A stretch of 64,000 nucleotides of DNA from an uncultured Holophagales bacterium (GCA_963842525.1 CAWJGT010000023.1:256001-320000), one strand, 5' to 3'. Positions 1 to 10,490 are shown, numbered from the stretch's first letter. The notes: a model not told the origin generated them from the sequence alone. A program made the numbers and translations.

Positions 1-166
1 CCACGCCGGTCAGGTTCCAGTCGACCGGGTTCATCGCCGCATTGAGCAGATACTCCCATGCGACGACGGCGAGGGACAACAGCACCGCCAGCCTCGGCTT
101 CGTCAACCGGGCCCGGCGTGCTGCTCCCTCATCTTGAGTCTTGGAGACCGTGAACAATGAATCCAT
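1..166 (-). CDS. Hypothetical membrane protein, 5' part (continues beyond window)
   Basis: ATG at 166 preceded by AAAGGAGGAAGGC (strong SD); manual translation MDSLFTVSKTQDEGAARRARLTKPRLAVLLSLAVVAWEYLL..., open to the window edge. Confidence 0.65.
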   Translation of the reverse strand, partial: MDSLFTVSKTQDEGAARRARLTKPRLAVLLSLAVVAWEYLLNAAMNPVDWNLTGV

Positions 167-552
167 GCCTTCCTCCTTTGCCAGAGGGCCCCCCGAAAGG
201 GAAGGACCCTGGACAGCGCGGAACGGAGGTCCGGGCAAAGCCCGGCGGCAGGGAAAACGCCACTCCTCAGTGCTGGTCGTACCGAGTTGTCAGGCAGCGC
301 TCGACCTGACCGATCGACAGCTCATCTCCTGGAGGCACGACTTGGCGTCGTGTCCGGAGAGCACGTCCACGGTGATGAAAGGCACGAAACCTGGGAGACG
401 GTCGCGTTGGGGCAGGAATGCTTAGATGGGTGCGCCGAGTGCCCCCTCCACAAAATCAAGAACTTCAGGATCTCCCATAGTATAGAGTGCGGCGCTCGTC
501 GAAAGCGTGACAAGCTTGTTGAAATGACTTCCCATCCCGTCGATGGGCGGAT

Positions 553-1083
553 CTACTTGACCTCGAACGAAGCGTCCGCGCGAGCCTCGGCCCCGCTGTT
601 GCGGTCGCGCGCCACGGCGACCACCTTGTAGGTGCCGGCGAGGTCCTTCGGCTCGAGCTGGATCTTCATATAGGAGGTGCCGAGCTGGATGATCCCGGGG
701 TGCGGCGCCTTCTGGTTGCGCCAGAGCGGGGCTCCCTTGCGGTTTTCAAAGGCCGAGCCGCGAGGGTCGATGCCGAGCAGGTCGAGGTCGACGTTGCACT
801 TGCCGGCATTGTCCGGCTTGCAGTTCTGGAAGAAGACGAACGCGGCGATGGGCTTGCCGCGCGGAGCGACCTTGACCGGCTGGGCGATGGCATGCTTGCC
901 GTCCGGCCCTGTCGTGGGGCGGAACACCTTGTCGGGCTCCGCCGTGACCAGCAGGCGGATGTCGAGCTTCCCCATCGGAACCGCTCCCGGTGTGGCCGGC
1001 GTGCGGGCCTGTGGGAGAGCCGATGGGACGGCGGTCAGGAGCGAGGCGAAGAAGGCCAGGGAGAAAAGAGTCGGGCGCATCAT
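553..1083 (-). CDS. Hypothetical secreted protein
   Basis: Signal-peptide-like MMRPTLFSLAFFASLLTAVPSA followed by a beta-rich domain; GC3-biased codons. Confidence 0.7.
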   Translation of the reverse strand: MMRPTLFSLAFFASLLTAVPSALPQARTPATPGAVPMGKLDIRLLVTAEPDKVFRPTTGPDGKHAIAQPVKVAPRGKPIAAFVFFQNCKPDNAGKCNVDLDLLGIDPRGSAFENRKGAPLWRNQKAPHPGIIQLGTSYMKIQLEPKDLAGTYKVVAVARDRNSGAEARADASFEVK

Positions 1084-1208
1084 AGGACGGATTCTGCCAT
1101 AGACCTCCACTCGATTCCTTCTGGAGGGCTTCCCCTGGTCGTTGTCGTATCGTCAAAAGGCTACCTCCGGCTTGCACCGGCGGATCGAAGATGGTCTGAT
1201 CGGGAGCT

Positions 1209-2507
1209 GTGACGACGGCCACCGAGACCCATCGCGCGATCGACGCAGTCTGGAGGATCGAGTCGGCCCGGCTCATCGCCGGCCTCGCGCGGATCGTGCG
1301 CGACGTTGGACTTGCCGAGGAGCTCGCGCAGGATGCTCTCGTCGTCGCGCTGGAGCAGTGGCCGGAGTCGGGCGTCCCGCGCAACCCGGGCGCCTGGCTC
1401 ATGGCCACGGCGAAGCACCGCGCGATCGACCAGATCCGTCGAAGGACGATGCTCGAGCGCAAGCACGAGGAGCTCGGGCGCGACCTGGAAGCCCGGCAGG
1501 AGTTGGCCGTGGCAGAGCTCAATGCCGCGATCGCCGCGATCGACGACCCCGTCGGCGACGATCTCCTGCGCCTCATCTTCACGGCCTGCCATCCTGTCCT
1601 CTCGACCGAGGCGCGCGTTGCGCTCACGCTCCGCCTGCTCGGAGGCCTGACGACCGACGAGATCGCGCGGGCCTTCCTCGTCCCGGAGCCGACCGTCGCC
1701 CAGCGCATCGTCCGGGCCAAGCGGACCCTCGCCGAGGCGCGCGTCCCTTTCGAGGTCCCCCGCGGCGCCGAGCTCGCCGCCCGCCTGTCCTCGGTGCTGG
1801 AGGTGATCTACCTCGTCTTCAACGAGGGCTACTCGGCGACCGCCGGCGACGACTGGATGCGGCCCGGGCTCTGCGAGGATGCGCTCCGTCTCGGCCGGAT
1901 CCTGGCCGAGCTCGCCCCCGACGAGCCCGAGGCCCACGGCCTCGTCGCGCTGATGGAGATCCAGGCGTCGCGCTCCTGGGCGCGCGTCGGCTCGTCGGGG
2001 GAGCCCATCCTCCTCCTCGATCAGAACCGCGTGCTCTGGGACCGGCTTTTCATCCGCCGCGGCCTCGCGGCGCTCGAACGAGCCGAGACGCTCGGCGGCG
2101 CGCTCGGCCCGTATGCATTACAGGCCGCAATCGCCGCCTGTCACGCGCGAGCGCAGACCGCGGAGGAGACGGACTGGGTGCGCATCGCGGCGCTCTACCA
2201 GGCCCTCGCCCAGGTTGCGCCGTCACCCGTCGTGGAGCTGAATCGAGCGGTCGCGCTCGCCATGGCGTTCGGCCCAGCCGTGGGCCTCGAGCTCGCCGAT
2301 ACGCTGACCGCCGAGCCGTCGCTCAAGAGCTACCATCTCTTGCCGAGCGTCCGCGGCGACCTCCTCGCCAAGCTCGACCGCTTCGACGAGGCCCGGGTGG
2401 AATTCGAGCGCGCGGCCTCGCTCACCCGCAACACCCGCGAGCGCGAGCTGCTCCTCGAACGCGCCGCCGCCTGCGCACGCAGGCCGGCAACACTCGAGCC
2501 GCAGTAA
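1209..2507 (+). CDS. ECF sigma factor with C-terminal TPR-like extension (ECF42/DUF6596 type)
   Basis: AEELAQDA, NPGAWL, LRLIFTACHP, YLVFNEGY and YALQAAIAACHA motifs. Confidence 0.9.
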   Translation: MTTATETHRAIDAVWRIESARLIAGLARIVRDVGLAEELAQDALVVALEQWPESGVPRNPGAWLMATAKHRAIDQIRRRTMLERKHEELGRDLEARQELAVAELNAAIAAIDDPVGDDLLRLIFTACHPVLSTEARVALTLRLLGGLTTDEIARAFLVPEPTVAQRIVRAKRTLAEARVPFEVPRGAELAARLSSVLEVIYLVFNEGYSATAGDDWMRPGLCEDALRLGRILAELAPDEPEAHGLVALMEIQASRSWARVGSSGEPILLLDQNRVLWDRLFIRRGLAALERAETLGGALGPYALQAAIAACHARAQTAEETDWVRIAALYQALAQVAPSPVVELNRAVALAMAFGPAVGLELADTLTAEPSLKSYHLLPSVRGDLLAKLDRFDEARVEFERAASLTRNTRERELLLERAAACARRPATLEPQ

Positions 2508-2722
2508 GAGGGCGTCTGGAAAACTCTGCTGCGGGCGTCGCCTTGGCCCCTCCCCCCCGGCCCCTCTCCCATCCGCACTCACACCCGCCCGGGAGAGGGG
2601 AGCCCCCACCCAGGAGCTTCCTGATCATGCATTTCTCCCCTCTCCCGGGGGAAGGGAGTGCGGATGGGAGAGGGGCCGGGGGTGAGGGACCAGGGCTCGC
2701 GCAGGAATTTCCAGACACGCTC
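2508..2722. repeat. Family-A REP-like composite palindrome filling a convergent intergenic gap
   Basis: CCCCTCCCCCCCGGCCCCTCTCCC...GGGAGAGGGG arm and inverted GGGAGAGGGGCCGGGGGTGAGGG arm; outer IR GCGTCTGGAAA / TTTCCAGACAC. Confidence 0.85.
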
Positions 2723-2729
2723 GAAGAGC

Positions 2730-3302
2730 CTATTCACCGCCCTTGGGGATTTCCAGGCGGCGCCATCCCTCATGGCCGAGGCGGCGCATCGTCTCGATGT
2801 TCTTTTCGGAAATTTCGGAGGTGTCGGGAACAGAGGCCACCGCGCGCTCGACGCTCGCCTCGCGCAGCAGATGGAGCATCGGATAGGGCGAGCGATTGGT
2901 GTAGTTCCCGATGTCGTCCGGCTCCGTGCCGGCGAACTGGTACCGGGGGTGGAAGCTGGCGACCTGGATCTCCCCCTCCAACCCCAGATCGGCGACGGCG
3001 GCGTCGGCGACGTCCAGGAAGTCGTTGTAGTCCGGGAAGTCGCCGAGCACCCGGGGATGGATCAGCAGCGTGGTGTCGATCGCCTCCGGATCGGCCGCCG
3101 CCAGCGCCCGCAGCTCGTCGTTCAGATCGGCCAGGAGATCCTCCGGCGCCTCCGCTTCACTGACCACGTACCGGATCTGGTCCCGGACATGGACCGCCCG
3201 GGCGAACGGGCACAGGTCGAGGCCGATGACGGCCTTTTCGAGCCAGGCCCTGGTCGCGGCGATGACCTCTTCGTGGGGCGGGTCGGTGGTGTGAGGATCC
3301 AT
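2730..3302 (-). CDS. DUF1415 family protein
   Basis: WLEKAVIGLDLCPFA, IQVASFHP and NYTNRSPYPMLHLLRE motifs; start set at MDPHTT. Confidence 0.9.
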   Translation of the reverse strand: MDPHTTDPPHEEVIAATRAWLEKAVIGLDLCPFARAVHVRDQIRYVVSEAEAPEDLLADLNDELRALAAADPEAIDTTLLIHPRVLGDFPDYNDFLDVADAAVADLGLEGEIQVASFHPRYQFAGTEPDDIGNYTNRSPYPMLHLLREASVERAVASVPDTSEISEKNIETMRRLGHEGWRRLEIPKGGE

Positions 3303-3638
3303 GGCGCTTGGGGGCTGTCGCCTCACCGCTCCCGGTGGGGATGATCCCATTTCATAGTATCGACCGGCAGCCCTGCAGGTGTGGAGAGATCGTACCAGGG
3401 TATCAACTGTTGACCTCTTTGGAGGCCGCCCCCTTCGAGGGTGACGGTCTGAGGAGCTCTGCGCGAAGGAAACACTTGGCCGGCGGAATCCGTATACATA
3501 TAGCTTCGAGCATATGCAGGGTAACCGATTTTGACCGCTCCCCACATCGCCTCGACAGCGTCAATCCGTCGCGGGATCGGATCGTGACGTTCATAGGGAA
3601 CCGCGCTCCGAGCCGCGTCTTCTGAAAGGAGCAGACTG

Positions 3639-3998
3639 ATGAGAAAGCCGCTTTACGCCTTTCTACTTGTCGCCATCGCCCTGATCGCTGCGCCAGTGCT
3701 GGCCCAGCCCTCCGTCACCGTCAATGGTCCGTCGAGCGTCACGATCGTCGACACCTGTGAGAACGTGAGCTGGACCTGTTCCCCCAGCGGCGGCGTGCCG
3801 CCCTATGTCTGGTATGCGTGGAGGCGGAACGGGGCGCTGGTGGCTGAAGGCGAGAGCGTCACCGGCTATACGAAGGCGTACTGCCATCCCGAGGGCTCCC
3901 CGCCGCCGCCCTTCACCGACACGATCTCCTGCACCGTCACCGACAGCAACGGCCGCGATGGCGTCGGCTCGAAGAACACGACGATCACCTTCCAGTAA
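3639..3998 (+). CDS. Small secreted Ig/PKD-like protein
   Basis: SD AAAGGAG; signal peptide; SGGVPPYVWYAW and ISCTVTDSNG; four Cys. Confidence 0.75.
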   Translation: MRKPLYAFLLVAIALIAAPVLAQPSVTVNGPSSVTIVDTCENVSWTCSPSGGVPPYVWYAWRRNGALVAEGESVTGYTKAYCHPEGSPPPPFTDTISCTVTDSNGRDGVGSKNTTITFQ

Positions 3999-4006
3999 GG
4001 AAAGCT

Positions 4007-4041
4007 GAGGCCCAGGCTCCAGGGAAAGGAGCCGGGGCCTC
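4007..4041 (+). terminator. Hairpin after stop codon (possible terminator)
   Basis: GAGGCCCAGGCTCC-loop-GGAGCCGGGGCCTC; no U-tract. Confidence 0.4.
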
Positions 4042-4074
4042 TGTCATGCCTGGGCGAGTTGGTGAACCGGTCGT

Positions 4075-4385
4075 GATTCGCCGTGAACGGAGACGAGATC
4101 GCCGCGAACGCGGCCGATTCATGATGAACGGGGCTGATTCACGGGAAACGGCTTCGCGGTCACGGCGAATCGGGCCGGTTCACGGCGAATCGGGCCGAGA
4201 TCATGACGAACAGCGGCCGGATCGCCGCGATGAGGGCCGGTTCACCATGAATCGGCCCGCGTTCACGGCAAATCAGAGCCAGTTCACCGTGAATTGGCCC
4301 GCGTTCATGGCAAACTAGAGCCAGTTCACCGTGAATTGGCCCGCGTTCGTGGCAAACTAGAGCCAGTTCACCGTGAATCGGGACC
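4075..4385. repeat. Degenerate 21-bp-period tandem array; the 3' part is a 42-bp unit x3
   Basis: Units such as GTTCACCGTGAATTGGCCCGC and GTTCACGGCAAATCAGAGCCA with an internal TTCAC-N-GTGAA dyad. Confidence 0.85.
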
Positions 4386-4511
4386 GGTGCTGTTCGCCCG
4401 CCAAATAATAGCACGCGGCTCCCCTCTCCCGGGCGGCGGGTTGCGGACAAGGAGTAGATTGGCGTATCCTTACGTAACCTAGACGGCCAGGCCTAGTAAG
4501 GGAGAGCATGA

Positions 4512-4772
4512 GTGCCTGAGATCAGCCGATTCTTCGGAATCATCGTTTTGATGTACTTCAACGATCACCCTCCGCCCCACTTTCACGTCCGCTATGCTGG
4601 ACAGCGGGCGCTTATCGGCATCGAGTCGCTTACCATCCTTGAGGGGAAGTTGTCGCCGAGGGTTCTAGGGCTGGTTGTCGAGTGGGCGTCCATGCATCAG
4701 GAAGAGCTCATGGTCGATTGGGAGCTTGCTCGGAGGCAGGTGCCTCTTGAGCCCATTGTTCCTCTGGAGTAA
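4512..4772 (+). CDS. DUF4160 family protein (putative TA component)
   Basis: MPEISRFFGI, DHPPPHFHVRY, VVEWA. Confidence 0.9.
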   Translation: MPEISRFFGIIVLMYFNDHPPPHFHVRYAGQRALIGIESLTILEGKLSPRVLGLVVEWASMHQEELMVDWELARRQVPLEPIVPLE

Positions 4773-4777
4773 GAAAC

Positions 4778-5056
4778 ATGCTTAAAGACATCGTTGAAGC
4801 TCGGTCTATCGGCGGGCATCGGCTCTACATTCGGTTCGAGGATGGAGTCGAGGGAGAGATCGATCTCGAAGCGTTGATCCCCTTCAAGGGAGTCTTTGAG
4901 CCTCTCAAGGATCCAGATGAGGTCGCGAAGGTGAGGGTTGATTCCGAGCTTGGTACGATCTGCTGGGAGAGTGGCGCCGACCTTGATCCTGACGTGCTTT
5001 ATGCGGAACTGACTGGTGAACCGATCCAGCTTCGGGAATCGGCCTCCACTCGCTGA
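4778..5056 (+). CDS. DUF2442 family protein (partner of DUF4160)
   Basis: LYIRFEDGVEGEID, GTICWESGADLDPDVLY; canonical pairing with DUF4160. Confidence 0.9.
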   Translation: MLKDIVEARSIGGHRLYIRFEDGVEGEIDLEALIPFKGVFEPLKDPDEVAKVRVDSELGTICWESGADLDPDVLYAELTGEPIQLRESASTR

Positions 5057-5112
5057 GAGAGGCCCAAAATCAGGCTATGCCGCTTTCAAAGTAGGGGCCC
5101 TTCGCCGAAAAA

Positions 5113-5212
5113 GGCCCCAGAGGGGCCCACGGCGTGTAGCCCGGGGTCAGAGCGACGAAGGAGCGGCGACCCCGGGTAAATAGCCGAAATATTTCCAAGC
5201 CCCAGAGGGGCG
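5113..5212. repeat. Family-B REP-like element (intergenic)
   Basis: GCCCCAGAGGGGC hairpins at both ends and internal TAGCCCGGGGT...ACCCCGGG. Confidence 0.7.
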
Positions 5213-5243
5213 GCAGCAGATGCGACAGGGCACGGGCAACTCC

Positions 5244-8200
5244 TCACCGCACCAGACTCCACCGTCTCTTGCCCCCTCCTGCCTCCGCCGTGGTCTCAAT
5301 CGCCACACCGACCGCCGCGAGGCTTTCGAGAAGCTTCTCCGCCTGGTCGACCTGAACCCCCTTGAATCGCCGCGGGATCTCATCGGCCGTTGCCTCCCCG
5401 AGCTCGGCCAGGAGGTCGCGCACGGCCACGACGCGGGCAGGCAGATCCTTCGGCCAGGCAAGCTTGGCGGCCTTTTTACCCTTGGCGGCTTTCGCAGGCT
5501 CGGCGGCCTCGAGACCTGCTTCGACGAGAGTGACCTGGGTCGCAGCCTTCGTGCCCTGCGGGTTCTGAAACTCCGGCCGCAGCCAGCGCACGAGGCCGCG
5601 CTTCTCCTCCTCGGCGCGCTCGTGGTTTAGGGCGACCAGGCGCTCGAGGATCTCTTCGTCCGTCAAGGTCCGCGGCCAGCCGTAGGCATCGAAGACGGCC
5701 GCGTCGAGGTCGTCGTGGATCTGTTTCAAAACCGAGACCAGACCCTGCTCGTGGATCTCGCGCTCCTTGTCGGTGAGCGCCTCGCCGCTCCGGAGCTTCT
5801 CTAGCACGTTATACATCCCGGTCATCGTGAGTGTCGGGTGCTGAGTCTGCTGACGCTTACGGTGAGCGTCGAGAGCTTCGCCGAGGGCTCGGATGCGATG
5901 CTTTAGGATATCCGAGCAGGCAGGGAAGGGGAAGCGGTCGAAACAGACACTTTTTGTATATCGAGGATCATTTCCGACCCCCATTCTGCCGCCGGCTGCC
6001 AGACTCCAGAGCACGTGTATCCGACACGAGAGTATACCGAGCATGGCCGCGTCCTCAAGGGCGACCGCGATAAGCATATTGTCTGGAACAACCTCTGAAG
6101 GGAGAAAGACAAAGAATCGATGCTTCGACGTTTCAACGGTGGCAATAAACCGAGGAAGTCCCCTTAGAGCAGATCGAAGTTCTGTATTCTTTCTCCCGAA
6201 GAGCCACCAGTTCTCGCGCCGGTATCTCTCGTTATTGAGCTCTCGTTCGGGCTTTACGCGCTCAACCACCCACTGGAAGACTTCAGGAAAACGCTCTTTC
6301 AGTTGCGCCTGGGTAAGACCGTGTAAATCGATAACGAGTACACCGCGGCTTCGGTTCGTCAGATCCTTGCCGTTCCGGTAAGGGCGAATGTGCTCTTCAA
6401 GCCCCTTGACGCGGCCGAGACCAAGCCGCTTAGCTTCGTCAGGGGAAACGATGAAACCTGCACCATGAAGCTTTACTCCGGGGCTAGCGAGGCTGTCGTT
6501 GGCTTGAAGCGGCGAAGCCGAAGTGACATCCGCACCGATGGTCAGATTGGAATGAATGCGTCCGCGGTGCTCCACAAGGTCAACTTGGGCGTACTCATCA
6601 TTTGCTTGAGTCTCTCCCAAGACCTCAAACAACTGCCCACTGCCTTCGCCGTTCTTGCCCACGGTCATCGCCACCCTCACCGCGGCGCCGTCCTCTGAGT
6701 TGACCCACGGGTGATCTGGAACGGCGAATACGATCGTTCCTCCTTGATCGAGCAAACTTCTCTCCACGACCCGGCGCCCCAGTGACTGCGAGATGCTGTT
6801 GGTCGTGATCAATCCAAACCGACGCGTACCGCCGGAGCAGACCTGTTCGGCTGCTCGGTGCCACCAATAGAGTACGTAGTCACTGGATTGGGGGACTTCC
6901 GGATAAGTCGAGCGCAAGCTCTCAACATAGCCATCGCCAAAGACTTGGCGCATCCTCCAGTTCCCGATGTAAGGCGGGTTTCCAATGATGAAATCCGCCA
7001 CCGGCCACTCTGCTCGGCGTGGATTCTCATACCGATAGACTGGCACGCGAGCTTTCTCATCCGGTATTTCCTCTCCCGTCGCCGGCGAGACCTTCATCGT
7101 CTCGCCATCCCACCGCGTCACCGGCTTGCCCTTCTCGTCGCGCAGCAACTCCTCCCGGTCGTACGCCAGCACTGCATCACGGCATACGATGTTGCCGTAG
7201 TCGCGCAGGACCGGCTGCGGAACGGTCAGAGCGCCGCCGGGTTGACGCACCTGCCATTGCAGATAGCCGATCCACAGAACGAGCTCCGCCATCTCTTTCG
7301 CCCATCGCTTGACCTCGATTCCCAGGAACTGCTCCGGCGTCACGCGGTAGTCCTTCATCTCGAGACCCAGTTGCTTGTAACCGAGTTCCGTCAGAAGCGC
7401 GAGGACCTCGCTCTCCAAGCGCTTGAACAGGTCGAGCGTCACATAGAGGAAGTTCCCCGTGCCGCACGCCGGATCGAGCACCCGTGTTCTGCACAGCATA
7501 TGGTGAAAACTCAGGACGCGCTTCTGCGCCTCCTCGACCTTGCCCAACTCCACGAGCTGCTGCACCTCCGCCCGCACCAGATCCCAATCGCCTCGCAACG
7601 GTTCTTCGATCGTCGGCTTCACCAGCCGCTCCACATACGCCCGCGGCGTGTAGTGCGCTCCGAGCCGGTGGCGCTCCTTGGGATTCAACGCGCGCTCCAG
7701 CAGAGTCCCAAAAATCGACGGGTCCACCTGCGACCAGTCGCTCTTCGCCGCCTTGAGGAGCAGGATGAGTTGCTCCTTCGTGAGCACCGGCGCGTCATGC
7801 GTCGAGAACAAGCCGCCGTTGAAGTGCAGGAGCTTGCCGGTGACGAAGTCCGCTCCCCGATCCATCGCCCGCCAGAGCGAGCTGACACCGCTGGGGAACG
7901 AGGCAGGATTCGGCAGCCACCAGTTTTCGAGCGCGTGCGAGAAAGGCTTGTCTGTCAGGAGCCCGACATCCTCCGCGAACATTGTGAACAGGCATCGCAT
8001 CAGGAACGTCGCCACCCTCTCTGGATCTTGCCCTGCCGCCTCCAGAGCCCGCGCCAGCGCCGCAATCTGTTCGGCGATCTCACGCGTGACGGCAGCCGTC
8101 CGCTTCGATGGGTCGAGCGAGAACGGATCGTTCCAGACCGCACGCAGCAACTCCACATGCTCAGCGAGATCTCGCAGGAAGAAGCGCTTGCGGTGACCAT

Positions 8201-8245
8201 CCGGGAAGACTCGGTAGACGCCTGTTCCGTTCGAACGAGGCGTAG
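5244..8245 (-). pseudogene. MmeI-like (Type IIL) N6-adenine DNA methyltransferase, N-terminal nuclease domain missing
   Basis: GAHYTP, VLDPACGTGNFL (motif I), IIGNPPY (motif IV) and a TRD; upstream remnant GTGVYRVFPDGHRKRFFLRDL ends at ~8245. Confidence 0.85.
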
Positions 8246-9316
8246 ACGGCGCCGGACTCTGGAACCCCGGCGGAGATCTCGGGCCTTCTCGCCTCGATTC
8301 GTGCTGAGCATGGGGTGCCCGCCCTGGTTGCCGCCGTGGGGCATGCGGACGGCTCCATCCAGACCGGCGCCGTCGGAGCCCGCGTCCTGGGAAGGCCCGA
8401 CAAGGTCACGCCGGACGATTGGTTCCATATCGGTTCGGTCACCAAGCCGATGACGGCCACCGTGGTCGCTCTGCTTGTCGAGGAAGGGAAGCTCCACTGG
8501 TCGACTCCGGTCATCCAGGCGCTGCCGGAGTGCGGCTCGACGATGCGGCCGGAGTACAGGGAGGTGACCGTGGCGGACCTGCTGGCTCATGAAGGGGGTC
8601 TGCCGGCGTTCGACGACGAGAAGGCTCTCCAAACGGTTCCCCGCCTGGCTGGCTCCCTGACCGCGCAGCGGCTCGCGTTCTCCTGCCTGGCGCTCTCCAG
8701 GCCGCCGGTGGTCGGGCCAAGGAAGGCGTTCTCGTACTCGAATGCGGGCTTTACCGTCGTCGCCGCGATCGCCGAGAAGGTTTCGGGGGTCTCTTGGGAG
8801 GAGCTGATGCGGACCCGCGTCTTCGCGCCGCTCGGCATGAGGACGGCGGGGTTCGGGTGGCCGGCGAAGGGCGGGGCGCCTCAACCCTGGGGTCACTGGA
8901 AGCGGCTGTGGAGAGTCGTGCCGCAGAATCCCGACGGCAAGTACCAGCTCCCCTCCTTCCTCGCGCCGGCGGGAGACGTCCACATGAGCATGCCGGATCT
9001 CGCCCGCTTCCTGGCTGCGCATCTGCGGGCCCTTCATGGCGATTCCGCATTGCTGAAGCCGGAGACCGCGCGCCTGATGCACACGCGGCGCATCCAGAGC
9101 GGGCTCGGTTGGGGGGTGCAGCCGCTGGCGGGCTTCGACGCGGTCAGTGTCTATCAGGGAAGCGCGGACACGTTCATCACCCTCGTCGCCATCGTGCACG
9201 ACGGCGATCTGGTGGTCGCCGTCTCGGCAAATTCAGCCACCCAGGAAGCCGACGCCGCGACCAAGCAGGCCTTCAAGCAGCTCCTGGCGCGGTATGCCAG
9301 GCAGCTCGGGAGCTGA
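8246..9316 (+). CDS. Serine hydrolase (beta-lactamase class C-like), 5' end apparently truncated
   Basis: FHIGSVTK (SxxK), YSNAG and APAGDV; frame open upstream (LLASIRAEHGVPAL) to a stop at 8243 with no signal peptide; GTG at 8315 is a possible start. Confidence 0.85.
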   Translation, partial: TAPDSGTPAEISGLLASIRAEHGVPALVAAVGHADGSIQTGAVGARVLGRPDKVTPDDWFHIGSVTKPMTATVVALLVEEGKLHWSTPVIQALPECGSTMRPEYREVTVADLLAHEGGLPAFDDEKALQTVPRLAGSLTAQRLAFSCLALSRPPVVGPRKAFSYSNAGFTVVAAIAEKVSGVSWEELMRTRVFAPLGMRTAGFGWPAKGGAPQPWGHWKRLWRVVPQNPDGKYQLPSFLAPAGDVHMSMPDLARFLAAHLRALHGDSALLKPETARLMHTRRIQSGLGWGVQPLAGFDAVSVYQGSADTFITLVAIVHDGDLVVAVSANSATQEADAATKQAFKQLLARYARQLGS

Positions 9317-9399
9317 GCCGGAGAGCGGAAACCCGGCGGCATCACTTTCACCAATTTACACGCTCTGGGCATGCTGAATCACCATATTTTATTCCCCTC

Positions 9400-9427
9400 T
9401 TGACAAGCGCGTTTCGGGCTGTACAAT
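9400..9427 (+). promoter_or_regulatory. Sigma70-type promoter for M23-secA
   Basis: TTGACA-16nt-TACAAT with an AT-rich upstream tract. Confidence 0.75.
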
Positions 9428-9529
9428 ACGCAGGCTTACATCGTTCCGGTCGTTTCCGGGTCCTGTTGCACCCTGCTGAGCTGACGCAGTTTTGGTGTCG
9501 TCTACTGGATGGTCTTTTGTAAAACGGAC

Positions 9530-10417
9530 ATGGCTCACCAGCACCATACGATCATCTTCGTCCCTCACGCCCACGCCCGGCTGCGCAAGTGGCGGGTGAC
9601 GAACCTCCAGATCGGCCTGGTTGCCGGCGCCCTCGCTCTCCTCACCCTCGCCTCCCTCTACTTCATCTGGTCGCACTTCCACACTCCGGTCAATCCGGTG
9701 GAGATCGCGCGCCTGAAGAAGGAGAACGAGTCGTTGCGGCAGGTGAACACGCAGTTCGAGACGAGCCTCCAGAAGCTCCAGGGTCAGCTCAACAGCTACG
9801 AGGAGCGCACCCGCGACCTCGCCCTCGTGGCCGGTATCGAGAGCCTCGGCGAAGGCGTGGAGGCCGGCATCGGCGGCGATGTGCCCGTCGAGGAAGCTGA
9901 AGAGGTCGGGATCGGGGACCTCCCCCAGATGGCGGCCCGGGCGGCCCAGCTCTCCGGGGCCCTCGACGCGGTCGAGACCCGGCTCGACGAGCGCAAGCAG
10001 TGGATCTCCTCCACTCCGACCATCGCTCCGGTCAAGGGGATCTTCACCAGCGGCTACGGCTCGCGCACCGATCCGTTGACCCATGGGCGCGGCAACCACC
10101 AGGGCGTCGACATCGCAGCGGCCCCCGGCCAGCCGGTGCAGGCGAGCGCCGACGCGATCGTGATCCGCACCGGCGTCCAGGGCGGGTATGGCAAGGCTGT
10201 CTTCCTCTCCCATGGCTACGGCATGACGACCCTCTACGGACACCTGTCGGCAATCACCGTCAAGCCGGGCCAGCGCGTCAAGCGCGGCGACATCGTCGGC
10301 CGGGTCGGCAACACCGGGCGCTCGACCGGCTATCACCTCCACTATGAGGTGCGCCTGGACGGCGACGCGGTGAACCCGGTGGGGTACATCCTGAACGACG
10401 CGGGCTCCGCGCAGTAG
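9530..10417 (+). CDS. M23 family metallopeptidase (TM, coiled coil, M23)
   Basis: HQGVD, GYG, YGHL and [10 protein letters not shown] motifs. Confidence 0.92.
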   Translation: MAHQHHTIIFVPHAHARLRKWRVTNLQIGLVAGALALLTLASLYFIWSHFHTPVNPVEIARLKKENESLRQVNTQFETSLQKLQGQLNSYEERTRDLALVAGIESLGEGVEAGIGGDVPVEEAEEVGIGDLPQMAARAAQLSGALDAVETRLDERKQWISSTPTIAPVKGIFTSGYGSRTDPLTHGRGNHQGVDIAAAPGQPVQASADAIVIRTGVQGGYGKAVFLSHGYGMTTLYGHLSAITVKPGQRVKRGDIVGRVGNTGRSTGYHLHYEVRLDGDAVNPVGYILNDAGSAQ

Positions 10418-10431
10418 GGCCCGCCCCAGAT

Positions 10432-10490
10432 CCTCACCCCCTGTCCCCCTCTCCCATCGCCCTCCCACCGACCGGGAGAGGGGGGACGTA
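10432..10490. repeat. Family-A REP-like half element (intergenic)
   Basis: CCTCACCCCCTGTCCCCCTCTCCCATCGCCCTCCCACCGACCGGGAGAGGGGGGACGTA, nearly identical to the arm at 31877. Confidence 0.9.

Noticed and set aside
4240-4385. CRISPR or mini-array
   Set aside because: Direct tandem 42-bp units without variable spacers
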